Part shown: positions 46,962 through 54,845 of the stretch, in pieces
Numbering within the stretch: position 1 is the first letter of the stretch
Layout: each line of letters starts with the position of its first letter
Assembly: GCA_964499855.1 (NCBI GenBank)
Contig: CAZCPU010000001.1
Span: 1 to 54,845 of the forward strand
Direction: 5' to 3'
Source: an uncultured Dehalococcoidia bacterium
GTDB taxonomy: Bacteria; Chloroflexota; Dehalococcoidia; Lucifugimonadales; UBA1127
Length of the DNA: 54,845 nt
The notes under the pieces: model-generated
The model's database searches: none
What the model saw: only the letters and a program-made list of their open reading frames with translations
What the model was told of the DNA's origin: nothing
Made by a program: the position numbers and the translations under genes

Positions 46962-48803
46962 ATGGTCAGTAAGCGAGTGTTTCTAGTGTTCGCGGCAATG
47001 CTGTTGTCTCTGGCGATCGTCGCGTGCGGCGGCGATGACGAGGAGACTACAGGGTCCGGCACGACGTCGGAGCCAGCAGCGGCGCCAACGGCTCCCGCGG
47101 TCACGGGCCAGGAGCCGACGGGCGGGGCCATATCGTCGGACACGACAACGGCAACGTCCTCTTCATCCACAGCCACCACGGCCGCGCCGGCGCCGACGGC
47201 GGTGGTAGTGGCGACCGACACTGGAGCGTCGGACGCAATGGCGATGGTCGAGCCCAAGGTTGAGCGCGTGGTGTTCGCCCAGCGGACACCGGGCACCGAG
47301 GGATGGGACCCGAACTTCGACTTCAGCTCCCCGCCCAGCGTGCAGGTGCGGCCGCTCTACGAGTACCTTGTTGCGGTCAACCCGACGACCGGCGCCTTTG
47401 AGCCCATGCTGGCAACGGAGTGGAGCATCGAGCCTGACGGCCTTGGCATTCGGTACAAGCTGCGCGAGGGCGTGCAGTTCCACTACGACTGGGGCGAGTT
47501 CACGGCCAAGGACGTAGTCCACACGCAGTGGAGCATGTCCCGCGAGGACTCCCTCCACAGCTCTTCCGGCATGTTCCGCACGGTGGTGGAAGATGTCGAG
47601 GTAGTGAATGACCACGAAGTGGTCTTCCGCCTGAACACGGCCAACCCGAACATTCCCAACGCCATCAGCCAGTTGCAGGGCGGCTGGGAGATTTCCAGCA
47701 AGGCCCACTACGACGACCAGGGTCAGCCAACGCTAGACATGCCGCCCACCGCCGGCACGGGCCCGTACCAGTATCAGGCCCGCGAGCAGGGACTGCAGGC
47801 AATCTACGAGCGGGTGCCGTACGACCACTGGCGCATCAACGTAGACTTCCCTGAGTTGGAGCTTCGCTGGATGGACGAGGCTTCCACGCGGCTAGCGGCG
47901 CTGATCGCCGGCGAGGTGCACATCGCACCGATCACCGCGGACCAGGAAGCCACCGCCATCGGCGACGGCATGCAGATGGTGCAGGGCAACGTGCCCGGTT
48001 TCCGCACCTTCTTCAACTTCCAGGGCTCCTGGTGGACGGACCACGGCAACCCGGACAGCGGCCGGCTCTACCCCGACAGCCCGCTGCTCAACGAGAACGT
48101 CCGCGCCGCCCTGAGCAAGGCGATCAACCGGGAGGAGCTGAACGAGGCTTTCTTCGGTAACGAGGCGCAGAAGGCGCACTCGGCGCACTTCCACCCGACG
48201 CGGCTCGGCTGGAACGACGCCTGGGAGCAGAACTTCAGTGACAAGTACGACTTTGACCCGGCGGCAGCCCGGCAGCTGCTGGCCGATGCCGGCTACAACG
48301 AGAACAACCCTCTGGAGACCAACCTGCACCTGATCAACCTGACCACGTATGCGGGATCAGAGGACCTCATCATCTCCGTGCAGGGGTACTACCAGGACAT
48401 CGGTGTGAAGGCAAACCTGGTCGTCCTTGATGCCGCGGCACGCAACGCCCAGGCCCGGGCACACGAGTTCGACAACCACATCGGCCTGGTGTCCACATCC
48501 TCGGACCTGCTGCTGGCGGGCCGCGTGTACATGACGTCGCGGCACCCCACCGCGGGCAACTACCAGGACCCGCGGATCAACGAAGCGTACGCAGCGGCCG
48601 CGTCCACCCTTGACCCGGTGGCGCAGGACGCAGCAATGCGGACCATGGGGGACCTGGTCTTCGACGTGAACCAGGCCATCCCGCTGTTCTGGGTGCCCAC
48701 GAAGATTGCGATCAACCCGGACATCGTGAGCGGCTACGTGTTCTCCGGCAACATATCCGGCAACTGGACGCACTACGACAGGATCACCGCCACCCCCCAG
48801 TAG
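46962..48803 (+). CDS. ABC transporter substrate-binding lipoprotein, family 5 (peptide/nickel type)
   Basis: The ATG at 46962 is preceded by an AGGAGG SD. The signal peptide with lipobox is MVSKRVFLVFAAMLLSLAIVACGG, followed by a Thr/Ala-rich linker. The length and pattern fit solute-binding protein (SBP) family 5. Confidence 0.8.
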   Translation: MVSKRVFLVFAAMLLSLAIVACGGDDEETTGSGTTSEPAAAPTAPAVTGQEPTGGAISSDTTTATSSSSTATTAAPAPTAVVVATDTGASDAMAMVEPKVERVVFAQRTPGTEGWDPNFDFSSPPSVQVRPLYEYLVAVNPTTGAFEPMLATEWSIEPDGLGIRYKLREGVQFHYDWGEFTAKDVVHTQWSMSREDSLHSSSGMFRTVVEDVEVVNDHEVVFRLNTANPNIPNAISQLQGGWEISSKAHYDDQGQPTLDMPPTAGTGPYQYQAREQGLQAIYERVPYDHWRINVDFPELELRWMDEASTRLAALIAGEVHIAPITADQEATAIGDGMQMVQGNVPGFRTFFNFQGSWWTDHGNPDSGRLYPDSPLLNENVRAALSKAINREELNEAFFGNEAQKAHSAHFHPTRLGWNDAWEQNFSDKYDFDPAAARQLLADAGYNENNPLETNLHLINLTTYAGSEDLIISVQGYYQDIGVKANLVVLDAAARNAQARAHEFDNHIGLVSTSSDLLLAGRVYMTSRHPTAGNYQDPRINEAYAAAASTLDPVAQDAAMRTMGDLVFDVNQAIPLFWVPTKIAINPDIVSGYVFSGNISGNWTHYDRITATPQ

Positions 48804-48825
48804 CCGCTGAGACTCGGCAGCCCGA

Positions 48826-48864
48826 ACACCCCCGGAGGCGAATCCTCCGGGGGTGTTTCTTTTA
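48826..48864 (+). terminator. intrinsic terminator
   Basis: ACACCCCCGGAGG-CGAAT-CCTCCGGGGGTGT followed by TTCTTTTA. Confidence 0.85.
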
Positions 48865-48906
48865 CGAACTCCGCGTGGCCCCTGTCGTACGTTGCGTCTG
48901 TGCAAA

Positions 48907-48935
48907 TTGACGCCCGAATCACGCCCGTGTATGCT
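48907..48935 (+). promoter_or_regulatory. candidate promoter for the Rieske oxygenase gene
   Basis: TTGACG (48907-48912), a 17 nt spacer, then TATGCT (48930-48935). Confidence 0.5.
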
Positions 48936-48985
48936 CGCGCAAAGTCGGCAATGTCATCGAAGGAACTCAATGGAGGGTATGCAAG

Positions 48986-50251
48986 ATGCTCACCAGGGAA
49001 GAGAACAGGTACATGACGGAGACCGGTCCCGGCACGCCGATGGGCGACTTCATGCGCCGCTTCTGGCACCCCGTGCTTCTCTCAGAGGAGCTGCCGGAAC
49101 CGGACTGTCCCCCGAAGCGGACGAAGATCCTGAGCGAGGAGCTCATCGCGTTCCGCGACACCAACGGCAACGTGGGCCTGGTGGACAACTACTGCCCGCA
49201 CCGGCGCGCGAGCCTCTTCTTCGGACGGAACGAGGAAGCGGGTCTCCGATGCGTGTACCACGGGTGGAAGTTCGACACGAGCGGGGACTGCGTGGACATG
49301 CCCTCCGAGCCGGCGGAATCCAACTTCAAGGACAAGGTCAAGATCAAGGCATACCCGTGCCGCGAGGGCGCCGGGATGGTCTGGGCCTACATGGGGCCGC
49401 CCGAACTCCAACCGGAGATGCCCAAGCTGGAGTACCTGGACATGCCAGAGGAGCAGTACGTGTCGACGAAAGTCATGTACGAATCCAACTACGTCCAGGT
49501 CATCGAGGGCGAGATAGACACGGTGCACGCCTCCATCCTGCACAGCAACCTCGACTCGCTCGCCAAGTCTGACTCGGCCACGACCATCGGCGGGCGGTAC
49601 TCGTACCGCGACCGGCCGGCGCGATTCTTCGTCGAGGACACGGACAGCGGCATTCTCATCGGCGCGCGGCGGAACGCGGAGGAGGACAGTTACTACTGGC
49701 GAATCTCGCGCTTCCTGTACCCCTACATCACCATGATCCCACGCGAGCCGCAGGGCTCGGCACGGTCGGGGCTCATCGTGCCCATCGACGACGAGAACTG
49801 CTGGTTCTTCTGGGTGCGCTGGAACCCGTTCCGGCCGCTGGACGAGGAGGAGGTACGCACCTACGAGCTGATGAAGGCCAGCCTGGCGCCCGTCACCTAC
49901 CTGGGGCAGGCGAACAAACGCAACGACTACATGATCGACCGCGAGATGCAAAAGACGGTGAACTACACGGGCATCCCGCAGAACAACGCCCGCGCACAGG
50001 ACGCCGCCATGACTGACAGCATGGGGACCATCGTCGACCGGTCGCACGAGCACCTGGGCACCACGGACATGGCGATCATCCGCATGCGCCGGCGCTTGGT
50101 GCAGGGCGCGCGGGATCTGGAGGAGGGGCTGGAGCCCTACGCGGCCAGCCACCCGGAGGTCTTTGCGGTCCGGTCAGGCGGCGCGGTCCTGCCCCGCGAC
50201 GTGTACTTCACGGAGGACCCTTCCGTGCAGGCGGACATCTTCGTGCAGTAG
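48986..50251 (+). CDS. Rieske [2Fe-2S] non-heme iron oxygenase, alpha-subunit type
   Basis: The Rieske motif CPHRRASLFFGRNEEAGLRCVYHGWKF (CxH...CxxH) is present in a 421 aa protein. Confidence 0.85.
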   Translation: MLTREENRYMTETGPGTPMGDFMRRFWHPVLLSEELPEPDCPPKRTKILSEELIAFRDTNGNVGLVDNYCPHRRASLFFGRNEEAGLRCVYHGWKFDTSGDCVDMPSEPAESNFKDKVKIKAYPCREGAGMVWAYMGPPELQPEMPKLEYLDMPEEQYVSTKVMYESNYVQVIEGEIDTVHASILHSNLDSLAKSDSATTIGGRYSYRDRPARFFVEDTDSGILIGARRNAEEDSYYWRISRFLYPYITMIPREPQGSARSGLIVPIDDENCWFFWVRWNPFRPLDEEEVRTYELMKASLAPVTYLGQANKRNDYMIDREMQKTVNYTGIPQNNARAQDAAMTDSMGTIVDRSHEHLGTTDMAIIRMRRRLVQGARDLEEGLEPYAASHPEVFAVRSGGAVLPRDVYFTEDPSVQADIFVQ

Positions 50252-50272
50252 GGCGACTGCAACAGAGCGCAA

Positions 50273-50312
50273 CGAGAGCCCCCGGTGCAGCAGGTGCGTC
50301 CGGGGGCTCTCG
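50273..50312. terminator. stem-loop between convergent genes (bidirectional terminator candidate)
   Basis: CGAGAGCCCCCGG pairs with CCGGGGGCTCTCG (13 bp) around a 14 nt loop. Confidence 0.6.
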
Positions 50313-50332
50313 CTACATAATACCTGTTCAGC

Positions 50333-51037
50333 CTATCCCGCCTCCGCACGCAGCTCCGTGAGCAGGTAGCCACGATAACGTGCGTCGTGGCCAATGGCGA
50401 ACCGGCTGCGCTTACCGGAAGGGGCATCACCGCAACCGCAGATGCAGGGGCCGCCCCGCTCGCGAGCGGCCACGCGCTCTCTGTGCTGTTCCGCTATGCC
50501 CCGCAGCCATTCAGAGTCACTCTGGGCCATGATGTGAATCAGGTCCTGAATGCGGTACATGCGAGTATCGTGTCCAGGTAGGTAGGAGCTGCCCGCGCCC
50601 TTGGGGTACTGACCGCACCCGCATGCACAAGGGGCACGCGCTCCTCCTGTCGCAGTATACGAGGGCGCGCTCTCGGCGACACCGGCAATTTGCAGCTGCA
50701 ACGCCTCCCGACTAGTGCGGCCGCCACGCACGGAGACGGGGATGGAAGGGTGCGTGGGGAAGACGCCGGTCTCCTGCCAGATGAAATGCCTCAGCACGCG
50801 GTTGATGTACGCCTGGTAAGAGTCCGTCGCGTGGGCCTTGAACCAGTTGATCACGGCGACGTCGAGCCGCATCGTGACCTGCTGCTTGACGGGTTTGAGC
50901 GTCTTGCCGGGCGGCGGGTATTCCTCATAGACCACCACCGGAATGTCCGAGGTGTCGATGTCCTCATCGCGCATATTGCGGAGGGCGTCCCAATCCGTCG
51001 GCTCAGCGGGCTGAGCGTCAAAGGGACCCTTCCTCAA
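50333..51037 (-). CDS. brnA: BrnA-type antitoxin fused to a C-terminal duplicated Cys/His-rich module
   Basis: The N-terminal ~100 aa match the BrnA pattern (DEDIDTSDIP ... VTMRLDVAVINWFKAHATDSYQAYINRVLRHF). The C-terminal ~130 aa contain CACGCGQYPKGAGSSYLPGHDTRMYR and CICGCGDAPSGKRSRFAIGHDARYRG. Confidence 0.7.
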   Translation of the reverse strand: MRKGPFDAQPAEPTDWDALRNMRDEDIDTSDIPVVVYEEYPPPGKTLKPVKQQVTMRLDVAVINWFKAHATDSYQAYINRVLRHFIWQETGVFPTHPSIPVSVRGGRTSREALQLQIAGVAESAPSYTATGGARAPCACGCGQYPKGAGSSYLPGHDTRMYRIQDLIHIMAQSDSEWLRGIAEQHRERVAARERGGPCICGCGDAPSGKRSRFAIGHDARYRGYLLTELRAEAG

Positions 51038-51047
51038 AGTCTCGTCT

Positions 51048-51308
51048 CTAATAATTGTTCAGCATCCTTGCGGAGATTATGCGTCCAAAGAGCTCTCCGC
51101 TTATCGGGTCTTCTTCAATTTCGGTGTGGACAACCACAATCAGCACATTGTTGACCAAACCGTATGTCCTGAAGCGCTCCTCATACAGGTATGGATCAGG
51201 TCTACCTTGCCGATAGCCGTCCTCGAACACGCGGATGGCGTCGTGGAAGTTTATCTTGTGCTTTTGCCTGTTTGCCCGGTTCTTGACCTCATCCCACGTC
51301 AATGCCAT
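51048..51308 (-). CDS. brnT: BrnT-type toxin (DUF497)
   Basis: The ATG is at 51308. MALTWDEVKNRANRQKHKINFHDAIRVFED ... ERFRTYGLVNNVLIVVVHTE ... RIISARMLNN is present. GC is visibly lower than in the flanks, and the gene ends 10 nt upstream of brnA. Confidence 0.75.
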   Translation of the reverse strand: MALTWDEVKNRANRQKHKINFHDAIRVFEDGYRQGRPDPYLYEERFRTYGLVNNVLIVVVHTEIEEDPISGELFGRIISARMLNNY

Positions 51309-51393
51309 AAAGCAGAACCGTCTGTACAAGTGTAGTTACAGGTCGGATGTTTGTCAACCGTTGGGCTGCCTACGGCAGTGCGGCCCTCTTCCG

Positions 51394-53004
51394 CTACACC
51401 TTCACGGACGTGTCCCGACGCGTGAGGAGCCACCACTCGAGGCTGTCCTGCAGCGCCATCCAGGAGGCCTCGATGATGTTGGCGGAGCAACCGACGGTGT
51501 GCCACGTCGACTCGCCGTCCGCCGACTCGACGAGCACGCGGACGACGGCGCCCGTGCCCCCGCCCTGGTCGACGACGCGCACCTTGTAGTCAAGCAGGCG
51601 GATGGCCTCCAACTCAGGGTAGAAGGAGAGCAGGCCCTTGCGCGCGGCCTGGTCCATCGCATTGACGGGGCCGTTGCCGCTGGCGGCAGTGTGAATGACC
51701 TCGCCGTCCACCTGGACTTTGACGGTGGCCTCGCAGGCCACGCTGTCGGCATCGACGTCAACCGGACGGCGATGCTTCTCGACGATGACCATGAAGTCTA
51801 CGAGGTCAAAGGGCGGGGCGTAGCCGGGCATGGAGCGGCGGACGAGCATCTCGAACGACGCCTCCGCGCCCTCGTACTGGAAGCCGGCGTTCTCCTTCTG
51901 CTTGATAGCGGCGAGGATGTCCAGCACGACTCCGTTCTCGATGGTCTCGCGGGAGGCGTAGATGCCCATCTCCACCAGCTTCTGCACGACGCTGCCGCGC
52001 CCCGCAAGCTCAGACACGAGGATGTGGTTCGTGTTGCCCACGAGTTCCGGCGCGACGTGCTGGTAACTCTCCTCGACCTTGGCCACCGCGGAGGCGTGGA
52101 GGCCGGCCTTGTGGGTGAACGCGCTGGTCCCCACGTACGGCTGGTAGGGGTTGGGCGTTCGGTTCACGATCTCGCTGACGAAGTGGGAGACCTCCGCCAT
52201 GCTGCGGAGCTGGTCCGCGGACACGCACTCGTAGCCCATCTTGAGCTGGAGGTCGCCAATGACGGAGAGGAGGTTGGCGTTGCCGCAGCGCTCCCCGTAG
52301 CCGTTCACGGTGCCTTGCACCTGCGTCGCGCCGGCCATCACCCCGGCGAGGGCGTTTGCAACCGCAACGTCACCGTCGTTGTGCGGGTGGATGGCGAGCG
52401 CGGCCTCGGGCACCTCCTCGCGCACTCGGGCGACGATGGCGGAAACCTCGTGGGGGAGGGCGCCGCCGTTTGTGTCGCACAGGACGACGGTGTCGGCGCC
52501 GGCATCCGAGGCAGCGCGGACGCACTGGAGGGCGTAGCCGGGGTTCGCCTTGAAACCGTCGAAAAAGTGCTCGGCGTCCAGCAGGACAGTCCTACCGTGG
52601 CGCTTCAGGAAGGCCACGCTGTCGGCGATCATGGCCAGGTTCTCTTCCAGATTCGTTTCGAGCACGTGGGTGACGTGCATGTCCCACGTCTTGCCGACCA
52701 TGGTGACGACGGGCGTGTTGGCGTCCAAGGCGTGCCGGAGCGTCTGGTCCGTCTCGGCTGAGCCGTTGGCGCGCCGGGTGCTGCAGAAGGCGGCGAGCTT
52801 GGCGTGGCGCAAGTCCAGCGACTGGGCCCGCAGGAAGAACTCGGCATCCTTGGGGTTGGCGCCAGGCCAGCCGCCCTCGATGAAGTCGATGCCCATCTCG
52901 TCCAGCTTCCGGGCGATCTTCAGCTTGTCCTCGACGGACAGCGAAACGCCCTCCTGCTGCGTCCCATCGCGCAGGGTGGTGTCGTAAATCTCAATCTTTG
53001 CCAT
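51394..53004 (-). CDS. cimA: citramalate synthase / 2-isopropylmalate synthase family protein (CimA-like)
   Basis: MAKIEIYDTTLRDGTQQEGVSLSVEDKLKIARKLDEMGIDFIEGGWPGANPKDAEFF has the GGWPGANPKD signature of the CimA-type branch. The protein is 536 aa with a LeuA-type C-terminal regulatory domain. Confidence 0.75.
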   Translation of the reverse strand: MAKIEIYDTTLRDGTQQEGVSLSVEDKLKIARKLDEMGIDFIEGGWPGANPKDAEFFLRAQSLDLRHAKLAAFCSTRRANGSAETDQTLRHALDANTPVVTMVGKTWDMHVTHVLETNLEENLAMIADSVAFLKRHGRTVLLDAEHFFDGFKANPGYALQCVRAASDAGADTVVLCDTNGGALPHEVSAIVARVREEVPEAALAIHPHNDGDVAVANALAGVMAGATQVQGTVNGYGERCGNANLLSVIGDLQLKMGYECVSADQLRSMAEVSHFVSEIVNRTPNPYQPYVGTSAFTHKAGLHASAVAKVEESYQHVAPELVGNTNHILVSELAGRGSVVQKLVEMGIYASRETIENGVVLDILAAIKQKENAGFQYEGAEASFEMLVRRSMPGYAPPFDLVDFMVIVEKHRRPVDVDADSVACEATVKVQVDGEVIHTAASGNGPVNAMDQAARKGLLSFYPELEAIRLLDYKVRVVDQGGGTGAVVRVLVESADGESTWHTVGCSANIIEASWMALQDSLEWWLLTRRDTSVKV

Positions 53005-53044
53005 GCCAGTTCCCCTGTTCGACGCCTCTTGCGCCCGATGCTCC

Positions 53045-53300
53045 AGACGAAAAAGACCCGTCCCAGCAAGGGACGGGCTCTCACCCGCGGTACCACCCTT
53101 ATTCCTCCCGAATCGGGAGACTCTTGGAGGGCGCCATCACGCCCCTTCCCGGTAACGGCGGGAGTCCGTTGCGCCTACTGGGGGTTCAGCGCAATGCTCG
53201 GGAGGGATATTCGACGGGCGCCCACCTGTCCGCTCTCACCGTACCGGACTCGCTGAAGGCTGCACTCCCGGCTACTCGTCTCCGTCAACGCCCGTTCAGA
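53045..53300 (-). promoter_or_regulatory. T-box leader with intrinsic terminator upstream of cimA (specifier most likely AUC, Ile)
   Basis: The minus strand contains AAGGGUGGUACCGCGGGUGAG (plus coordinates 53084-53100). It is followed by the hairpin GAGCCCGUCCC-UUGCU-GGGACGGGUC plus UUUUU. Stem I reads UUGACGGAGACGAGUAG, and the specifier region reads GAAUAUCC (53204-53212). Confidence 0.75.
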
Positions 53301-53421
53301 CTAGCACGAGTGTACTGCACAGGTCAAGGCAAGCGTCATTCCTTCCAACACAGCCACTTTCCTCCTGAAATGGCGCGCGACCACTGTGCGATAATGCGAC
53401 GAACGCCCACAGAGGTGGCCC

Positions 53422-54845
53422 GTGACCCTGAAACGCGCCCCAACATTCGCGCAGCGACTGCGAGACTTCCGCCGAGTGCTGGAGCTCGAGGCGCGGCGCG
53501 GCTATGCCGACCGTGCCGTGGTGGGCGGGCTCGGGCGGTTCCTGGACCGGTGGCGGGCCGAGCTCACGGAAGAGGAGGCGGACTCCCTGCCGCCAAGCCT
53601 GACCGCCGCGCTGGCGCAACGACGGTACCACGACCTCCCGCCGGAGCTGCGGAAGCGGTGGGTACACGAGGCACTCACCGCGCTGGGCGACCATGCCGCC
53701 TCCTCCGAGCCGCCGCCCAAGGAGCGCGCCACCCGCGCCCTGCCCCCTCGAAGGGTTACGCCGCCGCCCGCGGCGCCGACCCTCGAATCGCCGGCGACAA
53801 TCGTGCGGGGCGTCGGCTCGGGCATCGCGGCCAAGCTGGAGAACCTTGGCATCACGACGGTCAACGGGCTCTTGCGCCACTACCCGTCGCGGCACCTCGC
53901 GGTGAGCAGCATCGCCGAGCTGGAGGGGGGACACGAGACCGCCATCATCGGCACCGTCTGGAGCGTCAACCGACGGGGCTACGGGCGCGGGCAGCAGATG
54001 CAGTCGACGGAGGCCATCGTGGACGATACCACGAGCACCCTCCAGGTCATCTGGTACAACCAGCCGTACGTCGCCCGGTACGTCAGCAACGGCGACCGGG
54101 TCCTGATCAGCGGGTATTGCCGCGCCTACCGCGGGCGACTCAGGCTGGAGGCCAACAGCTTTGAGGTGCTGCAGGAGGACGCGGAGCCGCTGGCGGCAGG
54201 CAGCCTGGTGCCTGTGTATCCCGCCACAAAAGGGCTGACCCAGCGAACGCTACGCAAGATCGTTGGCAATGCGCTGGACGCATGGCTGCCCCGGCTGGCG
54301 GAACTGTTGCCCGACGACGTCCGCAAGAGACAGGGGTTGCCGGCGCTGCCGACCGCGCTCGGAACGTACCACAGGCCGGAGTCCGAGGACGCCAAGGCAG
54401 AGGCGCGGCGACGGCTCGCCTTCGACGAGATGATCGTGCGGCAGCTCTTTCTGCTGGCGCGGAAGCACAACTGGCAGGAGGCGCCCGCCGTACGGCTGCC
54501 GATGCACGTCGAGGCACTGCGGTCCTACGTAGAGGCGCTGCCCTTCAAGCTCACCCGGGCGCAACGGCGCGTGCTCAAGGACGTGCTGGACGACATCGCG
54601 GAAGCGAAGCCGGCGCACCGGCTGGTGGAGGGAGACGTCGGGAGCGGGAAGACGGTCGTCGCGCTGGGCGCGATGCTGAACGCGGCGGCGCACGGGTACC
54701 AGGCGGCGATGATGGCGCCCACGGAGCTGCTTGCGGAGCAGCACTTCCAGACCATTTCCAACCTGCTGCAGGGGTTCCAGCGGCCCATCAACGCGCCCAA
54801 CCGGGTCGCGCTGTACATCGACCCGCTGCCGCGGCCGGTGGTCGT
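53422..54845 (+). CDS. recG: ATP-dependent DNA helicase RecG (N-terminal ~474 codons; continues beyond the window end)
   Basis: My own translation from the GTG at 53422 (the first start after an in-frame TAA at 53392) contains GVGSGIAAKLENLGITTVNGLLRHYP, PVYPATKGLTQRTLRKIV, LPFKLTRAQRRV and GDVGSGKTVVA (Walker A). The frame is open to the end of the window, so it is absent from the track. Confidence 0.9.
   Translation, partial: MTLKRAPTFAQRLRDFRRVLELEARRGYADRAVVGGLGRFLDRWRAELTEEEADSLPPSLTAALAQRRYHDLPPELRKRWVHEALTALGDHAASSEPPPKERATRALPPRRVTPPPAAPTLESPATIVRGVGSGIAAKLENLGITTVNGLLRHYPSRHLAVSSIAELEGGHETAIIGTVWSVNRRGYGRGQQMQSTEAIVDDTTSTLQVIWYNQPYVARYVSNGDRVLISGYCRAYRGRLRLEANSFEVLQEDAEPLAAGSLVPVYPATKGLTQRTLRKIVGNALDAWLPRLAELLPDDVRKRQGLPALPTALGTYHRPESEDAKAEARRRLAFDEMIVRQLFLLARKHNWQEAPAVRLPMHVEALRSYVEALPFKLTRAQRRVLKDVLDDIAEAKPAHRLVEGDVGSGKTVVALGAMLNAAAHGYQAAMMAPTELLAEQHFQTISNLLQGFQRPINAPNRVALYIDPLPRPVV

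Noticed and set aside
51235-52761. 508 aa plus-strand ORF
   Set aside because: It is antisense to cimA, whose minus frame has the conserved DTTLRDG and GGWPGANPKD motifs.
52998-54164. 388 aa plus-strand ORF
   Set aside because: It runs through the T-box leader on the wrong strand and then sits out of frame over recG. It is Arg/Pro/Ala/Gly-rich. The recG frame starting at the GTG at 53422 carries the helicase motifs.

Overview
This is a GC-rich bacterial chromosomal segment (roughly 60-65% GC by eye, not computed). It is mostly core genes, and no transposases, integrases, CRISPR arrays or rRNA genes were seen.

Gene content, left to right:
- leuS (minus strand, running off the window start) behind a Leu T-box leader.
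- A nusA-ylxR-infB-rbfA-truB operon with no rimP.
- A small accessory block: a QueG/RdhA-like Fe-S protein, a membrane protein, a GT2 glycosyltransferase, galE, an RNase II/R-family protein, a cupin and a DUF3179 protein.
- tRNA-Thr, tRNA-Tyr and tRNA-Thr, then tuf-rpmG-secE-nusG-rplK-rplA-(L10 leader)-rplJ-rplL.
- radC, MFS transporters, a hydrolase and an oxidoreductase.
- A thioredoxin-fold/NHL-repeat gene interrupted by one in-frame TGA.
- iscA/erpA, a ygfZ-like gene and an orphan molybdo-hydroxylase large subunit.
- A minus-strand lipid block: cmk, plsC, an MFS gene, plsX, fabG and fabL.
- gcvT-gcvH-gcvPA-gcvPB, tRNA-Gly and cysH.
- A JAMM protein, a tandem-PDZ protein, a family-5 solute-binding protein and a Rieske oxygenase.
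- A lower-GC brnT/brnA toxin-antitoxin pair.
- cimA behind a second T-box, and the start of recG.

Gene content and order (T-boxes on biosynthetic genes, fabL, DUF3179, Rieske) look Chloroflexota-like, but that is a guess.

The two observations most worth follow-up:
1. The TGA at 27105-27107 sits exactly at the first Cys of a CxxC redox motif and is followed by a hairpin, which makes it a candidate selenocysteine codon.
2. A 32-codon leader ORF upstream of cysH carries six Cys codons in seven positions. It lies between a promoter-like site and an intrinsic terminator, which makes it a candidate cysteine-sensing translational attenuator.

Many long ORFs in the six-frame track are antisense or out-of-frame shadows typical of high-GC DNA and were rejected.
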